Part shown: positions 36,044 through 45,930 of the stretch, piece after piece
Position numbering within the stretch: the first letter of the stretch is position 1
Layout of the letters: the number at the start of each line of letters is the position of its first letter
Assembly (NCBI GenBank): GCA_964448405.1
Contig: CAYUVW010000002.1
Coordinates: forward strand, 7,745 to 71,744
Direction: 5' to 3'
Length of the DNA: 64,000 nt
DNA from: an uncultured Candidatus Peribacteria bacterium
GTDB lineage: Bacteria > Patescibacteriota > Gracilibacteria > Peribacterales > Peribacteraceae
Program-made: the position numbers and the translations under genes
The notes under the pieces: model-generated
What the model was told of the DNA's origin: nothing
The model's database searches: none
Seen by the model: only the letters and a program-made list of their open reading frames with translations

Positions 36044-36571
36044 ATGACTACCGCCCTCATCGTCATCGGCGTCTTGATCGTCGGTCTCCTTGTCGTCATC
36101 GTCAGCCGCCCGAACAACTTTCGCTACGAACGATCCATCAGTATTGCTGCGCCTGCCGACAAAGCATTCGCACAGGTGATCGATTTCAACAAATGGGCAG
36201 CTTGGTCGCCATGGGAAAAAATGGATCTGAACACCAAGAAAACATACGAAGGCGCACCTTCCGGTGTGGGAGCCAAATACCACTGGCTCGGCAACAAGAA
36301 CGTCGGCGAAGGTCGCATGGAAATCACCGAAGTGAAACCGAATGAATTGATCCGTATCCGCTTGGAATTCATCAAGCCGATGGCCGCCGTGAACACAACC
36401 GACTTCACCTTCAAGCAGGACGGCTCAAACGTCGTCGTCACGCAGAGCATGTACGGCTGCAATACCTTCATGGGTAAGGCGTTCGGTCTGGTCATGAACA
36501 TGGACAAGATGATCGGCAGCCAGTTCGCAAAAGGCCTGGCCGACATCAAGCGCATCGCCGAAGCCAAGTAA
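36044..36571 (+). CDS. SRPBCC-fold protein with an N-terminal TM anchor
   Basis: 175 aa from ATG 36044. TM segment ALIVIGVLIVGLLVVIV, then SISIAAPADKAFAQVIDFNKWAAWSPW. Confidence 0.6.
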   Translation: MTTALIVIGVLIVGLLVVIVSRPNNFRYERSISIAAPADKAFAQVIDFNKWAAWSPWEKMDLNTKKTYEGAPSGVGAKYHWLGNKNVGEGRMEITEVKPNELIRIRLEFIKPMAAVNTTDFTFKQDGSNVVVTQSMYGCNTFMGKAFGLVMNMDKMIGSQFAKGLADIKRIAEAK

Positions 36572-36585
36572 TTTCCGTCATTCCC

Positions 36586-36699
36586 GTGCCCGCCTCCGAC
36601 ACCAGCGACCGCGAAATCATCATCACTCGCGTCGTCGACGCACCGCGCGCGCTGGTGTGGAAGGCATGTAGTGCTACGCCCCCACTATGCGCTCTATGA
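36586..36699 (+). pseudogene. truncated remnant of another SRPBCC/AHSA1 gene
   Basis: The frame reads (V)PASDTSDREIIITRVVDAPRALVWKA, the canonical AHSA1 N-terminus. It then degenerates and stops after 37 codons, and it overlaps the 3' end of the convergent HupE gene. Confidence 0.4.
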
Positions 36700-37492
36700 A
36701 CCAATAGAGCGCGATTGCGGCTATGGCTCCGGCAAAGAACTGAATGGCTCGCGGATACCACGACGTTCTACGGAACAAGAGAATGAACGGCATGGCTACT
36801 GCGATAATGCACAATTGGCCGATTTCTACGCCGACGTTGAAAAACAGTAACGATGGAAGAAATTGCCCCTCGGGAATGGAAAAATCTTGCAGAAGCCCGG
36901 CAAAACCAAGGCCGTGAAAAAGTCCGAACAGAGCAATCAGTGAAACCTTGGATTCAAGCAATGCGAAGAATGTGTAGCGTCGAAAAAACACCGTGCCGAT
37001 CGCCATGATGACAATGGAAAGAGCGATCACGGGCTCCACAAGGCGAGAGCTCAAAGTGAACAAATTCGCTCCGGCCAGCAGAAGCGTAATACTGTGTGCG
37101 ACCGTGAACGCCGTGATGGATTTCATCATCTGGCGCAACGTGACGAACGTCAGCAATAAGGAGAGCACGAAAAGAACATGGTCTGCGCCTTCAAGAATGT
37201 GTCGTAGGCCAAGAACGATGAATGTTGCCGCGTTCTCCCAAAAACCTACTTTGCCTGAGAAGACAGTGTCCACCAGTCGCTGCTTGTACGCGGCATCTCC
37301 GTTGGTCATGTCTGGCTGGCCGCTAAGGTAAGCGTCTAACTCAGCCTGAGTCATGTTCGGATGCGCCTGCAAATAGTCGACCAGCTCAATCGGCAGCAAC
37401 TCATGCGCGAAGGCTTGGTATGGCATCGACACGGACAGAGCGCATGTAACGAGTGCGAACAGAACGGCAATGGAAGAAGTCATGCGCTGCAT
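36674..37492 (-). CDS. HupE/UreJ-family membrane protein (nickel/cobalt-type transporter)
   Basis: Signal peptide ending AFAHE. GADHVLFVLSLLL, TAFTVAHSITLLLAG and FHGLGFAG. Start at ATG 37492 or 37483. Confidence 0.6.
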   Translation of the reverse strand: MQRMTSSIAVLFALVTCALSVSMPYQAFAHELLPIELVDYLQAHPNMTQAELDAYLSGQPDMTNGDAAYKQRLVDTVFSGKVGFWENAATFIVLGLRHILEGADHVLFVLSLLLTFVTLRQMMKSITAFTVAHSITLLLAGANLFTLSSRLVEPVIALSIVIMAIGTVFFRRYTFFALLESKVSLIALFGLFHGLGFAGLLQDFSIPEGQFLPSLLFFNVGVEIGQLCIIAVAMPFILLFRRTSWYPRAIQFFAGAIAAIALYWFIERIVGA

Positions 37493-37710
37493 GGGACCAG
37501 AATGACGCAAGGACATTCTGTTTCCAAGCCGCTTTCCGAACAGCAACAAAGAAGCCGCGCTGCTCGGCACGGCTTCTTTTGCCCTTTTCCTTCCCTATGC
37601 ACTACTGTTGATTGCTTCTTGAGGACGCGGATGTTCCGCAGCACCGTATGAATATGCAGTAAAAAACAGTGAACAGCGCTCACTCTACTTCAGGGCGACT
37701 TAAGACAAGA

Positions 37711-38907
37711 TTAAGACCGATGCTTTGCGGTGGCCTTCGAGGAAAAATACACCGTAAACGTGGTACCCGAACCTTCGGTGCTCTGTGCGCCTACGGACCA
37801 GTTGTGCAGATCGGCAATGCGCTTCACCAGCGCCAAGCCAAGGCCAAAGCCATCGTTGCTGCGCGATGTCTCGACTTGGTAGAACCGATCGAAGATACGC
37901 TTCAGTTCTGCGCCGGGAATACCAATGCCCGTATCGGTCACGGACAAGCACTCATGTGTGAGCCGGACGGTAACGGTGCCGCCATCGGGCTTGCTGAATT
38001 TTATGGCATTCGCGAGCAGATTCGACACTAGCTGTCGCAGAAGAGCTGCATCGGCATTCACATGCACGCCGAATGCGAGCTCTTTCACAATAGTCACGCG
38101 CTTTTCCATCGCGGCAGATGCGTGACGATCGATGGTAGTTGCGACCAAATCCGTGATATCGGTTGGTTCGAGTGCCAGTATCAATTGATCGAGACGCGCC
38201 AATTCCAACAGACGCTCGACCAACAGCGAAACTTCTTTCAAATCACCTTTGGCGGACTCAATCCCCTCGCGATACTGCTTGGTTTTCAGCGCAAGATCCA
38301 ACGACGAGCTGAGTGTGGCCAGCGGCGTACGCAGTTCATGACTGGCATCTTGGGTGAATTGCTCCAGGCGTTGCATGGCTCGCTCGGCAGGCACCAGGCT
38401 CTTGCGGGCGAAAAATTGCCCGACGATGAATGTGAGCGCAGAAATAGCGATACTGACCAACAGGTAAATCAGCGCACGCACCGGCAGGCCGCCGACCGGA
38501 AGGCGTTCCAATTCTGCCACCTGCAAATAACCAACAATGTCGTCACCGGGCTGAATCGGCAGAGTAAGGACCGCATAGCGCTCATTCTGTACAATGACCG
38601 CTGCAACGCCCGCATCGCCACTGAAGGGCACATTCTCAAATAAGCCTCCCGCGTACACAATGCCACCGTCGGCGTTGGCAATACGTACTCGCTCACGCAA
38701 CTGTGGAGACAGGAAGTGCGGAAAATCCAAGCTGCCGAACTGCGCGGATTCTAAAATGGCATGCGCAGTACGAAACAGTCGTCCGTTCATTTCGCGCTGA
38801 GAATTACCCACGTCGGCCGCCAAAAACAAGATGCCGTTTACCAGCAACAACAGGAACACGAAAGCCGTGAACTGGAGCGCGATTGTGTGGCTGATGCGGC
38901 GAAACAT
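37711..38907 (-). CDS. sensor histidine kinase (HisKA + HATPase_c), two TM helices
   Basis: H-box SHELRTPLA, N-box LLANAIKFS and G-boxes DTGIGIP and GFGLGLALV. Confidence 0.9.
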   Translation of the reverse strand: MFRRISHTIALQFTAFVFLLLLVNGILFLAADVGNSQREMNGRLFRTAHAILESAQFGSLDFPHFLSPQLRERVRIANADGGIVYAGGLFENVPFSGDAGVAAVIVQNERYAVLTLPIQPGDDIVGYLQVAELERLPVGGLPVRALIYLLVSIAISALTFIVGQFFARKSLVPAERAMQRLEQFTQDASHELRTPLATLSSSLDLALKTKQYREGIESAKGDLKEVSLLVERLLELARLDQLILALEPTDITDLVATTIDRHASAAMEKRVTIVKELAFGVHVNADAALLRQLVSNLLANAIKFSKPDGGTVTVRLTHECLSVTDTGIGIPGAELKRIFDRFYQVETSRSNDGFGLGLALVKRIADLHNWSVGAQSTEGSGTTFTVYFSSKATAKHRS

Positions 38908-38922
38908 AGGGTGGAGCGGGAC

Positions 38923-39585
38923 CTACTCGGTGGGAATCATGTATCCCTTACCGGGCACCGTACGAATGACGCTCTTGCCCAGCTTACGACGCAAGTAGGC
39001 CACGTGCACGTCCACCGTCTGCGAAAACATGAGCTCATCGCGTCCACCCCACACGTGATCGATGATGCGCGTACGCTCCTGCACGACTCCTTTGTTACGC
39101 AGGAGGAATTCGAACAGCGCGTATTCCTTTGGCGACAAGTCTACCTTGCGGTCGCTTTTCCGGACTTCCTGCGTATTCGTGTCCAGCGTAATGACACCCG
39201 TCGTCAATTGGGGATTTTTTTCTCCGCCGTTGCGCCGAAGTAGCGCCCGAACGCGTGCGAGCAGAATATCCAAATCGAACGGCTTCGTAAGGTAGTCGTC
39301 GGCACCAATGTTCAAACCATGAACCACCTCCTGCTGCTTGGCGCGCGCGGTCAGCATGAGAATCGGCATGTTCTTCTTGTGCTGGCGAAGCATGGAGCAC
39401 AGCACATAACCGTCCATACCCGGAAGGTTGATGTCCAAAATCAGCAGATCGACCGGCTGCGTCATGGCCTTTTCAAATCCTTCTTTGCCATCGTAGGCCA
39501 GCGTGACGGAATACTGTTCCAATTCCAGAAACTGCTTAATGTTGCCGGCCAGCTTTTGCTGATCTTCGATGAGCAGAATATGCAT
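38923..39585 (-). CDS. OmpR-family response regulator
   Basis: Receiver domain LLIEDQ ... DLLILDINLPGMDG ... LTAR. Winged-helix output domain LSPKEYALFEFLL ... VDVHVAYLRRKL. Confidence 0.9.
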   Translation of the reverse strand: MHILLIEDQQKLAGNIKQFLELEQYSVTLAYDGKEGFEKAMTQPVDLLILDINLPGMDGYVLCSMLRQHKKNMPILMLTARAKQQEVVHGLNIGADDYLTKPFDLDILLARVRALLRRNGGEKNPQLTTGVITLDTNTQEVRKSDRKVDLSPKEYALFEFLLRNKGVVQERTRIIDHVWGGRDELMFSQTVDVHVAYLRRKLGKSVIRTVPGKGYMIPTE

Positions 39586-39729
39586 AGGGCGAGTGTGAAT
39601 ACAGGGTAAGCGCCACGGATTAAGGGCTGATTAAGAAGTGCGACAGAACGGCAGCGCACTGCGACGCCGAACGTTATGACGCAAAGAGCGCACGACTCTT
39701 TCAAGAATTGCCGACAAACTACGAAACCA

Positions 39730-40206
39730 CTACGCCTTGTATGCGTCGCGGACTTCGAACAACAGCCAGAATCCGATGAGCAATCCTACAAGTTGTCCGG
39801 AAACCCCGTAACCCGCAATAACATTCAGGATGAGTGAAATGACGCTCAGCAACATGCCGTAGAACAGAAAGTTCCATCCGGCCTTCTTGTGCTGCGTCAG
39901 CGGCTGATACGCAAGTAAGTCCAACACTGCGGAAGCGAGTGCAAAGAGCATGCCAACAACGAAGAGCAGCGGCAAAAGACCCAAGCGGAAGAATGACAGC
40001 GTGAACAGCAACGACGTGAACGCACCGGCGGAGAAGATGCCAACCAAGCCGAGTATGCCTCCCAAAAGCGCCAACCACGGAGCGACATCCACCAGTGTTT
40101 GGCGGGCATTTTGGGGCAAATGCGGCGCCTTCTGAAACAGCGGAAGCATCCATGCCTCCAGTGCGGCAGCCTGCTTCAGAAAGTATGCACGTGGGTCGGT
40201 GGACAT
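39730..40206 (-). CDS. hypothetical 4-TM membrane protein
   Basis: 158 aa from ATG 40206 (MSTDPRAYF). The upstream 240 codons of the track ORF are antisense to the next gene and are rejected. Confidence 0.5.
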   Translation of the reverse strand: MSTDPRAYFLKQAAALEAWMLPLFQKAPHLPQNARQTLVDVAPWLALLGGILGLVGIFSAGAFTSLLFTLSFFRLGLLPLLFVVGMLFALASAVLDLLAYQPLTQHKKAGWNFLFYGMLLSVISLILNVIAGYGVSGQLVGLLIGFWLLFEVRDAYKA

Positions 40207-40332
40207 GGATGGTGGGGGAAATCGGAGAATGAACACAGTGTGTATGCGCGTACTTGCGCACGCAAGTGCGTCGGCTTTGCGTTCCACACATGGAATCGAC
40301 ATACTATTCGTGTCTTCCCCCTTGCGCATCCC

Positions 40333-40890
40333 ATGAACCAGACTCCTCCGAGCACACCGACCAAGACTCGCCCCTGGATTTTGATCGCCGTCATCGTCAG
40401 CTTGCTGCTGCTTGTGGGGTATGGAATCAAAAACATCATGGAAATGGCCAGCAAGAAAATCGGTGAGACCATGGTGGAGAACATGATGGAGAAGGCAACC
40501 GGCGGCAAAGCCGACGTGGATGTAGAGGGCGGCAACATGAAGATTAAAACCGACGAAGGCACGCTCACCACCGGACAGACCATGCCAAAAGATTGGCCTA
40601 CGGATGCTCCGGTCTACCCCAAGGCGGAGGTGCAATATTCGGCATCCGTCAGTCCGACCGGCGGCAAAACCGGCCAGGCATTGGTCCTCATGAGCACGGA
40701 CACGCAGCAACAAGTCTCCGAGTTCTACGCAGCGGAATTGGCAAAACAAGGCTGGACGATTTCCGCCAACGCACAAGCTGCCGGATCGACCATGATGACT
40801 GCCACCAAAGATACGCGCACCTTTTCGGCAATGATCGCCGCATCGGATGGCCGCACGACCATTACGCTTGGTTTGGGACAGGACGAATAG
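40333..40890 (+). CDS. hypothetical membrane-anchored protein
   Basis: 185 aa from ATG 40333. TM segment WILIAVIVSLLLLVGYGI, then a soluble domain. Confidence 0.5.
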   Translation: MNQTPPSTPTKTRPWILIAVIVSLLLLVGYGIKNIMEMASKKIGETMVENMMEKATGGKADVDVEGGNMKIKTDEGTLTTGQTMPKDWPTDAPVYPKAEVQYSASVSPTGGKTGQALVLMSTDTQQQVSEFYAAELAKQGWTISANAQAAGSTMMTATKDTRTFSAMIAASDGRTTITLGLGQDE

Positions 40891-40956
40891 TGCTTTGAAG
40901 AGAAAGCGCAACGAACGACCCAGCTGCAACGCCGATTACCGTGTACGATGCAGCCG

Positions 40957-41757
40957 ATGGCTCGTATCTTCAGTCCCAAGCACCGGTCAATCATCCTGCG
41001 CTACGCCGGAAAAAAGGAACAGGAAAATCTGTTCGTGATCGGCGCCTTCCAACGCAAGGGCGACCCGTTTCAGGACATCCTGTTCTCCGGCGCGTACCGC
41101 GAGGTGCAGATGATCGGCCTGGGCGCGTTCTTCAAGAAGTTCGGCAGCTTGGTACTGCACGCTGAAAACAACCGCGCACTCACCGAGATGGTCGATCAGT
41201 TCGTCGACCGCGGCTGTCGCATTGAATGGGTGCCCATGTTCGCGCGCTTCGCGCTGCCAACCATCGCGCGTCTGCGCCGCTACGGCTACACGCCCAAGGA
41301 GCTGCGCGAGGAAACGGTCTTTCTGCTTACCAAGAAAGCATTCACCGATCACCCGGAGCCGGGTGTTCGCCGCGGAACCGCGAAGGATGTTGAGGAAATC
41401 ATTACGTTGCGCCGCATGGCCAACGGCGAAGACCTGACCGAAGAAATCACGCCGCGCGAACGCAGCCAAATTTACCCGGAAACGGAGTACCTGCTACACA
41501 AAGACGGCAAGCTGGTGTCGTGCGTGAACGTACACGGTTGGTCCGAGAAATACGTGCAGATCGGCGGCGTTGCCACGCATCCGGACTACCGTGAACGCGG
41601 CTTTGCCAAGCAGGTCATCAGTGCCGTCAGCCGCGATTACCTCGCCAAGAACAAGCATGTGATTTTGTTCTGTAAGAACGACAACGTGCCGGCACTGGCG
41701 GTGTACGAAAAGCTCGGCTTCCGACCGATTGATCAGTTCATTGTGGCGAAGTTCTAG
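40957..41757 (+). CDS. GNAT-family N-acetyltransferase
   Basis: C-terminal VQIGGVATHPDYRERGFAKQVISAV ... AVYEKLGFRP. TACGAT (40944-40949) lies 7 nt before ATG 40957; ATG 40948 is an alternative. Confidence 0.7.
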   Translation: MARIFSPKHRSIILRYAGKKEQENLFVIGAFQRKGDPFQDILFSGAYREVQMIGLGAFFKKFGSLVLHAENNRALTEMVDQFVDRGCRIEWVPMFARFALPTIARLRRYGYTPKELREETVFLLTKKAFTDHPEPGVRRGTAKDVEEIITLRRMANGEDLTEEITPRERSQIYPETEYLLHKDGKLVSCVNVHGWSEKYVQIGGVATHPDYRERGFAKQVISAVSRDYLAKNKHVILFCKNDNVPALAVYEKLGFRPIDQFIVAKF

Positions 41758-41841
41758 ACAATTTTTATCTTCTGCTAGCCACAAAAGGACCGACTACTCT
41801 GAAAAAGTTGCACAAAATGAACATCTGTTGGAGAATAGTCT

Positions 41842-42699
41842 ATGACCCCGCGAGAGTCTGCCGACGGCACACAGCAAATACACCTGCCACTTTGCGTACC
41901 AGATGCGACAGTGCGTTGCCGACAAACATGCACTGAGGATTGCGATGCCATACGACGATCGCTGTTGAGCATGTTAGGCCAGCGACAAGATGCCGGTACG
42001 GTTGGGAATCACCAGTTGCAGCGCATGTTGCGTCAACATACGTTGCATCAATTGCAGCCATTGCAGGCAGGCCTGCGATCGGTACCGTACGAACGCAACT
42101 GCTGCGGCGGCGATGGTATTTTGGTCATCGACGGCGGCAACAAAGGAAAGACCATCGTGCTGGCGGACATCAACGGCCATGGCGCAAAAGAACAGCCGTC
42201 ATTGCATGACCTCTTTGCCATGATTGCGAAGACGAACCCCGACAGCACGACGCTTGGTGAGTTGTTGCACCGCACGAACATGGCGTTTTCTGCCTGGCGC
42301 GATGTACTGGATAGCCAGGATGCAGCGCACATTCCGTATGCCGAATGTGCATTCGTCCGCCTGCAAGAAGACGGCATGCTCGAAGCGGCAACGGCCGGCG
42401 GAACGACGGCGTTGGTACTTGGGCCGAATGGAACGGTAACAGAACTCTGCAACGAAGAAGCGCATGGCACATGGATCGGCTTCCCGTACGTGAAAAAACC
42501 TGTGGTTCCCACCGCTTCGCGACTTGAACAAGCACACACGCTGGTCTTGTGCACCGACGGCATCGACCCAGAAATCCGCACGGCCGACGCTTTCTGGAGT
42601 AGCCACAAGCGTGCGCACCCCGACGCGCTGGCAAACGAAATATACCGGACGTTTGCCTCGGGAAAGGATGATGCAACCGTACTGTGTTTGCGCCGTTAG
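41842..42699 (+). CDS. PP2C/SpoIIE-family serine/threonine phosphatase
   Basis: GGDGILVID ... LADINGHGAKE, LVLCTDGI and GKDDATVLCLRR. GAGAAT (41831-41836) lies 5 nt before the ATG. Confidence 0.65.
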   Translation: MTPRESADGTQQIHLPLCVPDATVRCRQTCTEDCDAIRRSLLSMLGQRQDAGTVGNHQLQRMLRQHTLHQLQPLQAGLRSVPYERNCCGGDGILVIDGGNKGKTIVLADINGHGAKEQPSLHDLFAMIAKTNPDSTTLGELLHRTNMAFSAWRDVLDSQDAAHIPYAECAFVRLQEDGMLEAATAGGTTALVLGPNGTVTELCNEEAHGTWIGFPYVKKPVVPTASRLEQAHTLVLCTDGIDPEIRTADAFWSSHKRAHPDALANEIYRTFASGKDDATVLCLRR

Positions 42700-43532
42700 T
42701 ACAGATCCGCGTACGAACACAATTCTATCTTCCGTTCCGCAAACTCCGTGACGAGTTCGGGATTCATGACCATGTTGAATTCGGTCACGCGCTGAGGATC
42801 GGTCTCGAATGCATCGCCGATGGGATTCTGGCTGCCGGGGTGCACCATGAGTTCGGTAACGCCTTCGGGTAAGCGACTGAGGATATGACGCAAATTGCGA
42901 TTGGACGCGTTGCCACACAACGCCATGCCGCGGAAATGATCGGTGGTTTTTACGCCATGGGCCTCGAACAACGTGCGTGCGGCATCGGCCTGATTGTTGA
43001 TGGCGACGATTTTTTTCAGCTGCACTTCTTCGATCATGAACCCGAACGGCGGCACCGGCTCACTGGGAATGCGTACGAACGAAATGCCGTAACGGTCGAA
43101 TAACGTGACCAAAATCGGAGCAACGAACGGGTGCACATGAATGTGATGATGCCCGTCCACGTGGGTCGGCTGGCCGTAATGCTCCATGAACCACTCGAAC
43201 TGACTGCGCAGCTCGCGTTCGATGTGAAACTTGTCGATCTCGCCCTCGCTGAGCATGCGGTGCAGCGTTTCGCGTCCCAGGAAGTACCCGTCGGTGGTGA
43301 GCAACGAAGCGATGTCGGAATCGGCGCTGATGGGATCCCCTTCGGTCAGGTTGATATGCAGGCCTGTCGGCAATTCTTTTTCACGAGCATGACGAGCGGC
43401 CTTCTGGCTTTCGCTGAAGTTGGGGATGAGCGAGGCGCTGGTCACGAACCCGTGTTCGTGCGCGGTGAAAATCCCATGGCTGCGCTGGGACGTTATCCCT
43501 AAGTCGTCGGCGTTGATGATGAGGCGGCGCAC
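42696..43532 (-). CDS. ChbG/YdjC-family carbohydrate deacetylase
   Basis: MRRLIINADDLGITSQRSHGI ... SASLIPN ... VDGHHHIHV. GTG start, with TACCAT 6 nt upstream. Confidence 0.8.
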   Translation of the reverse strand: MRRLIINADDLGITSQRSHGIFTAHEHGFVTSASLIPNFSESQKAARHAREKELPTGLHINLTEGDPISADSDIASLLTTDGYFLGRETLHRMLSEGEIDKFHIERELRSQFEWFMEHYGQPTHVDGHHHIHVHPFVAPILVTLFDRYGISFVRIPSEPVPPFGFMIEEVQLKKIVAINNQADAARTLFEAHGVKTTDHFRGMALCGNASNRNLRHILSRLPEGVTELMVHPGSQNPIGDAFETDPQRVTEFNMVMNPELVTEFAERKIELCSYADLY

Positions 43533-43616
43533 GGAGCGATGGTAGCGGATACCGCAAAACTTTCACGGGTACCGCAGAATAATTGACTTTATCATCAAAA
43601 TATTAATTAATGTATT

Positions 43617-44348
43617 ATGCAGTATAAGAAGTTGTTGTACCCGCAGGCCAATGTGGATAACACCTATCAAGGCGTTGGAGCAGTGGTCAATGTTCTTCCG
43701 AGGGACATTCACTCGCAGAAGCGCCTTCGGGAATGCGTGGAAGATTTGCTAGTACCCGCCGCGCAAAAACATGCAGTCGCGCTGCTTCCTCGCGAAGCAG
43801 TAGACTTTGAAGATATAGACATTCTGGAAGGATTGGCGCCCGTGAAAGATGGCATGAACAGCGCACAGCTGCACTATCACCCGGACAGCATCGAATTCGC
43901 CTCGACCGGAAGCACGGTAGACACCGTTGTATCGGACACCATGTCTGCGGCACGAAATATTTTGCACGTATTGGAATCCCCTGCAACACGCGCAATATTG
44001 CGAAAATCTGGCGACAACGACGCAGATGTACTTGTCATGGCAGCGCTCGATTTTCTTCAAAAAGCAAACATGGAACACGTGCCGATGGCATTGAGAATAG
44101 ATCAGGCACGACGGGCATACACCGTATTGTATCTGCTGCTTACCACTGCGAAGGCACGACCCGAGTTGTATCAAGTTCTACGGGAGGTGCAGATGAATAT
44201 GCAGGCAGATTTGTTTGCAATCCCATGGAAAGAGTACGGCTATGCCGTCATGCATTCCAACGTAACGCATGCCCGTAACGTGATCCATGCCGACACCCGT
44301 ACGGACAGCGCCTTATTTGTTCGGACAAGAAAAGAAGTTCATCAGTAA
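43617..44348 (+). CDS. hypothetical protein (visibly more A/T-rich than its neighbours)
   Basis: 243 aa. Preceded by TTGACT (43583-43588) and an A/T-rich -10 region directly before the ATG. No family recognised. Confidence 0.5.
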   Translation: MQYKKLLYPQANVDNTYQGVGAVVNVLPRDIHSQKRLRECVEDLLVPAAQKHAVALLPREAVDFEDIDILEGLAPVKDGMNSAQLHYHPDSIEFASTGSTVDTVVSDTMSAARNILHVLESPATRAILRKSGDNDADVLVMAALDFLQKANMEHVPMALRIDQARRAYTVLYLLLTTAKARPELYQVLREVQMNMQADLFAIPWKEYGYAVMHSNVTHARNVIHADTRTDSALFVRTRKEVHQ

Positions 44349-44383
44349 GCCGCAGCACTGAAGAAGTAGGCTATGCTCCATGC

Positions 44384-45037
44384 ATGCGCAATCTGATTGT
44401 TCTGTCTATGACAGTGGCTATTGCGGCATGCGTTCCGGCAACTCCTGTTGTACAAACGCCACCAGCGTCATCATCTTCGAGTAGCGTCGGTTCCTCGGCC
44501 ATGGTTTCGAGCCAGGCATCGAGCAATGCGTCCATCGTCGCACCGCTGAAAAACTTCGCCACTCGCGTGACCAAGAAGCCATTCGGCATCCAGATTACGA
44601 AAGCCGACTCCCCCGTCCAACCTGAACGTTTCGCCGGATACCACACCGGCACCGACTTCGAGATGTTGCCGGGTGAGGAGGAGGCCATGCTGCCCGTGCA
44701 GGCGATCTGCACCGGTCCAGTGTTGGTCGCACGCCAAGCCGACGGCTACGGCGGCGTAATGGTCCAGTCGTGCGTCATCGACGGTGAAGCAGTGACTGTG
44801 CTGTACGGCCACCTCGCGTTCACACTCTCGTCCATTCAAATCATCCCCGGCACGCACTTGGAAGCCGGACAAACGTTCGCCACGCTCGGCACAGCCTTCA
44901 GCGACGAAACCGATGGCGAGCGCCAGCACCTGCATCTCGGCATCCACAAAGGAACCGCCGCGGTGCTCGCCGGGTACGTGCAAACCGAAAAAGAACTGGA
45001 CGCGTGGATCGACCCGATGACAATTCTGGCGCGTTAA
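44384..45037 (+). CDS. M23-family metallopeptidase lipoprotein
   Basis: Lipobox VAIAAC. YHTGTDF (HxxxD) and HLHLGIH (HxH). Confidence 0.8.
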   Translation: MRNLIVLSMTVAIAACVPATPVVQTPPASSSSSSVGSSAMVSSQASSNASIVAPLKNFATRVTKKPFGIQITKADSPVQPERFAGYHTGTDFEMLPGEEEAMLPVQAICTGPVLVARQADGYGGVMVQSCVIDGEAVTVLYGHLAFTLSSIQIIPGTHLEAGQTFATLGTAFSDETDGERQHLHLGIHKGTAAVLAGYVQTEKELDAWIDPMTILAR

Positions 45038-45930
45038 TCGGCTTTGCGCCGCTCTGCTGCAAATGCGACAATGTCTCGCAAACACCCAAGCGACGCAAAA
45101 TGTCCGCCCGGGATGAGCCGATATTCGGCCTCTGGAAAGTGAGCGTGGAAATATTCGGCGGAAGCCTGCGGAACCATGACGTCATCGGCGCCATGCCAAA
45201 TGCGGCACGGAACAGACAAGTGACCGACGTGGAATCCCCAATTCCAGTAACGCTGGATTTCGATACTCAGATGTCGCGCTGCATCCGGCGTTGCCAGAAT
45301 CACCGCATGGTCATCCACAAACATATCCAGCGCGCCTTCCACATTCTCGGAAAATCGGCCGATGTCGGCCGGGGAAACAGTCTGTACAAAACGCAGTACC
45401 TCCGAACGCAGATTACGGGCAAACAGACGATGCTTGATGGAAAATAATCCGCTGATCGTCCGACGGCCGACTCCGCCCATGCTGCCTACGGCCAACAAGC
45501 TGCGCAGACGGTTGCTCATGGCACGCCGAATATGCCGCTCGCCGAGCGGACCCAATGGACTGACCAACGCCAAACACCGGACGCGTGGGGCATCTAGCAC
45601 GGCACAGGCCAGCGCATAGGGTGCTCCGCCAGACACACCGATAGCGGCGTACTGCTCGACCTTCAAATGTTTGAGCAGCACCAATGCCGGCTGCACCGCA
45701 TCGTGAATGCTGCGGCCAGATACGGGTGTCGATTTGCCGACGCCGGGGCGATGCGGCGCGATAATGCGCAGACCCAATGCCGCAGCCGCTTCGTGTGCCG
45801 CACGCGCCTGGTGAACCGAGCCTACAAAACCATGGAAGAACACCGCCGGTTTGCCATTCGGATCGCCAAACTCGGCGTACTCGATGTACTGCGACGGTGC
45901 GAGAGCGAGAAGGCGAAGTTGCATAAGCAA
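45034..45930 (-). CDS. alpha/beta-fold hydrolase
   Basis: VFFHGFVGS and the nucleophile elbow GVSGGAPYA. Convergent 4-nt overlap with the M23 gene. Confidence 0.7.
   Translation of the reverse strand: MLMQLRLLALAPSQYIEYAEFGDPNGKPAVFFHGFVGSVHQARAAHEAAAALGLRIIAPHRPGVGKSTPVSGRSIHDAVQPALVLLKHLKVEQYAAIGVSGGAPYALACAVLDAPRVRCLALVSPLGPLGERHIRRAMSNRLRSLLAVGSMGGVGRRTISGLFSIKHRLFARNLRSEVLRFVQTVSPADIGRFSENVEGALDMFVDDHAVILATPDAARHLSIEIQRYWNWGFHVGHLSVPCRIWHGADDVMVPQASAEYFHAHFPEAEYRLIPGGHFASLGCLRDIVAFAAERRKAD

Noticed and set aside
40207-40929. Upstream 240 codons of track ORF 39730..40929 (minus)
   Set aside because: They are antisense to the better-supported plus-strand gene 40333-40890. The Arg/His/Gly-rich composition changes abruptly to a genuine TM protein only from ATG 40206.
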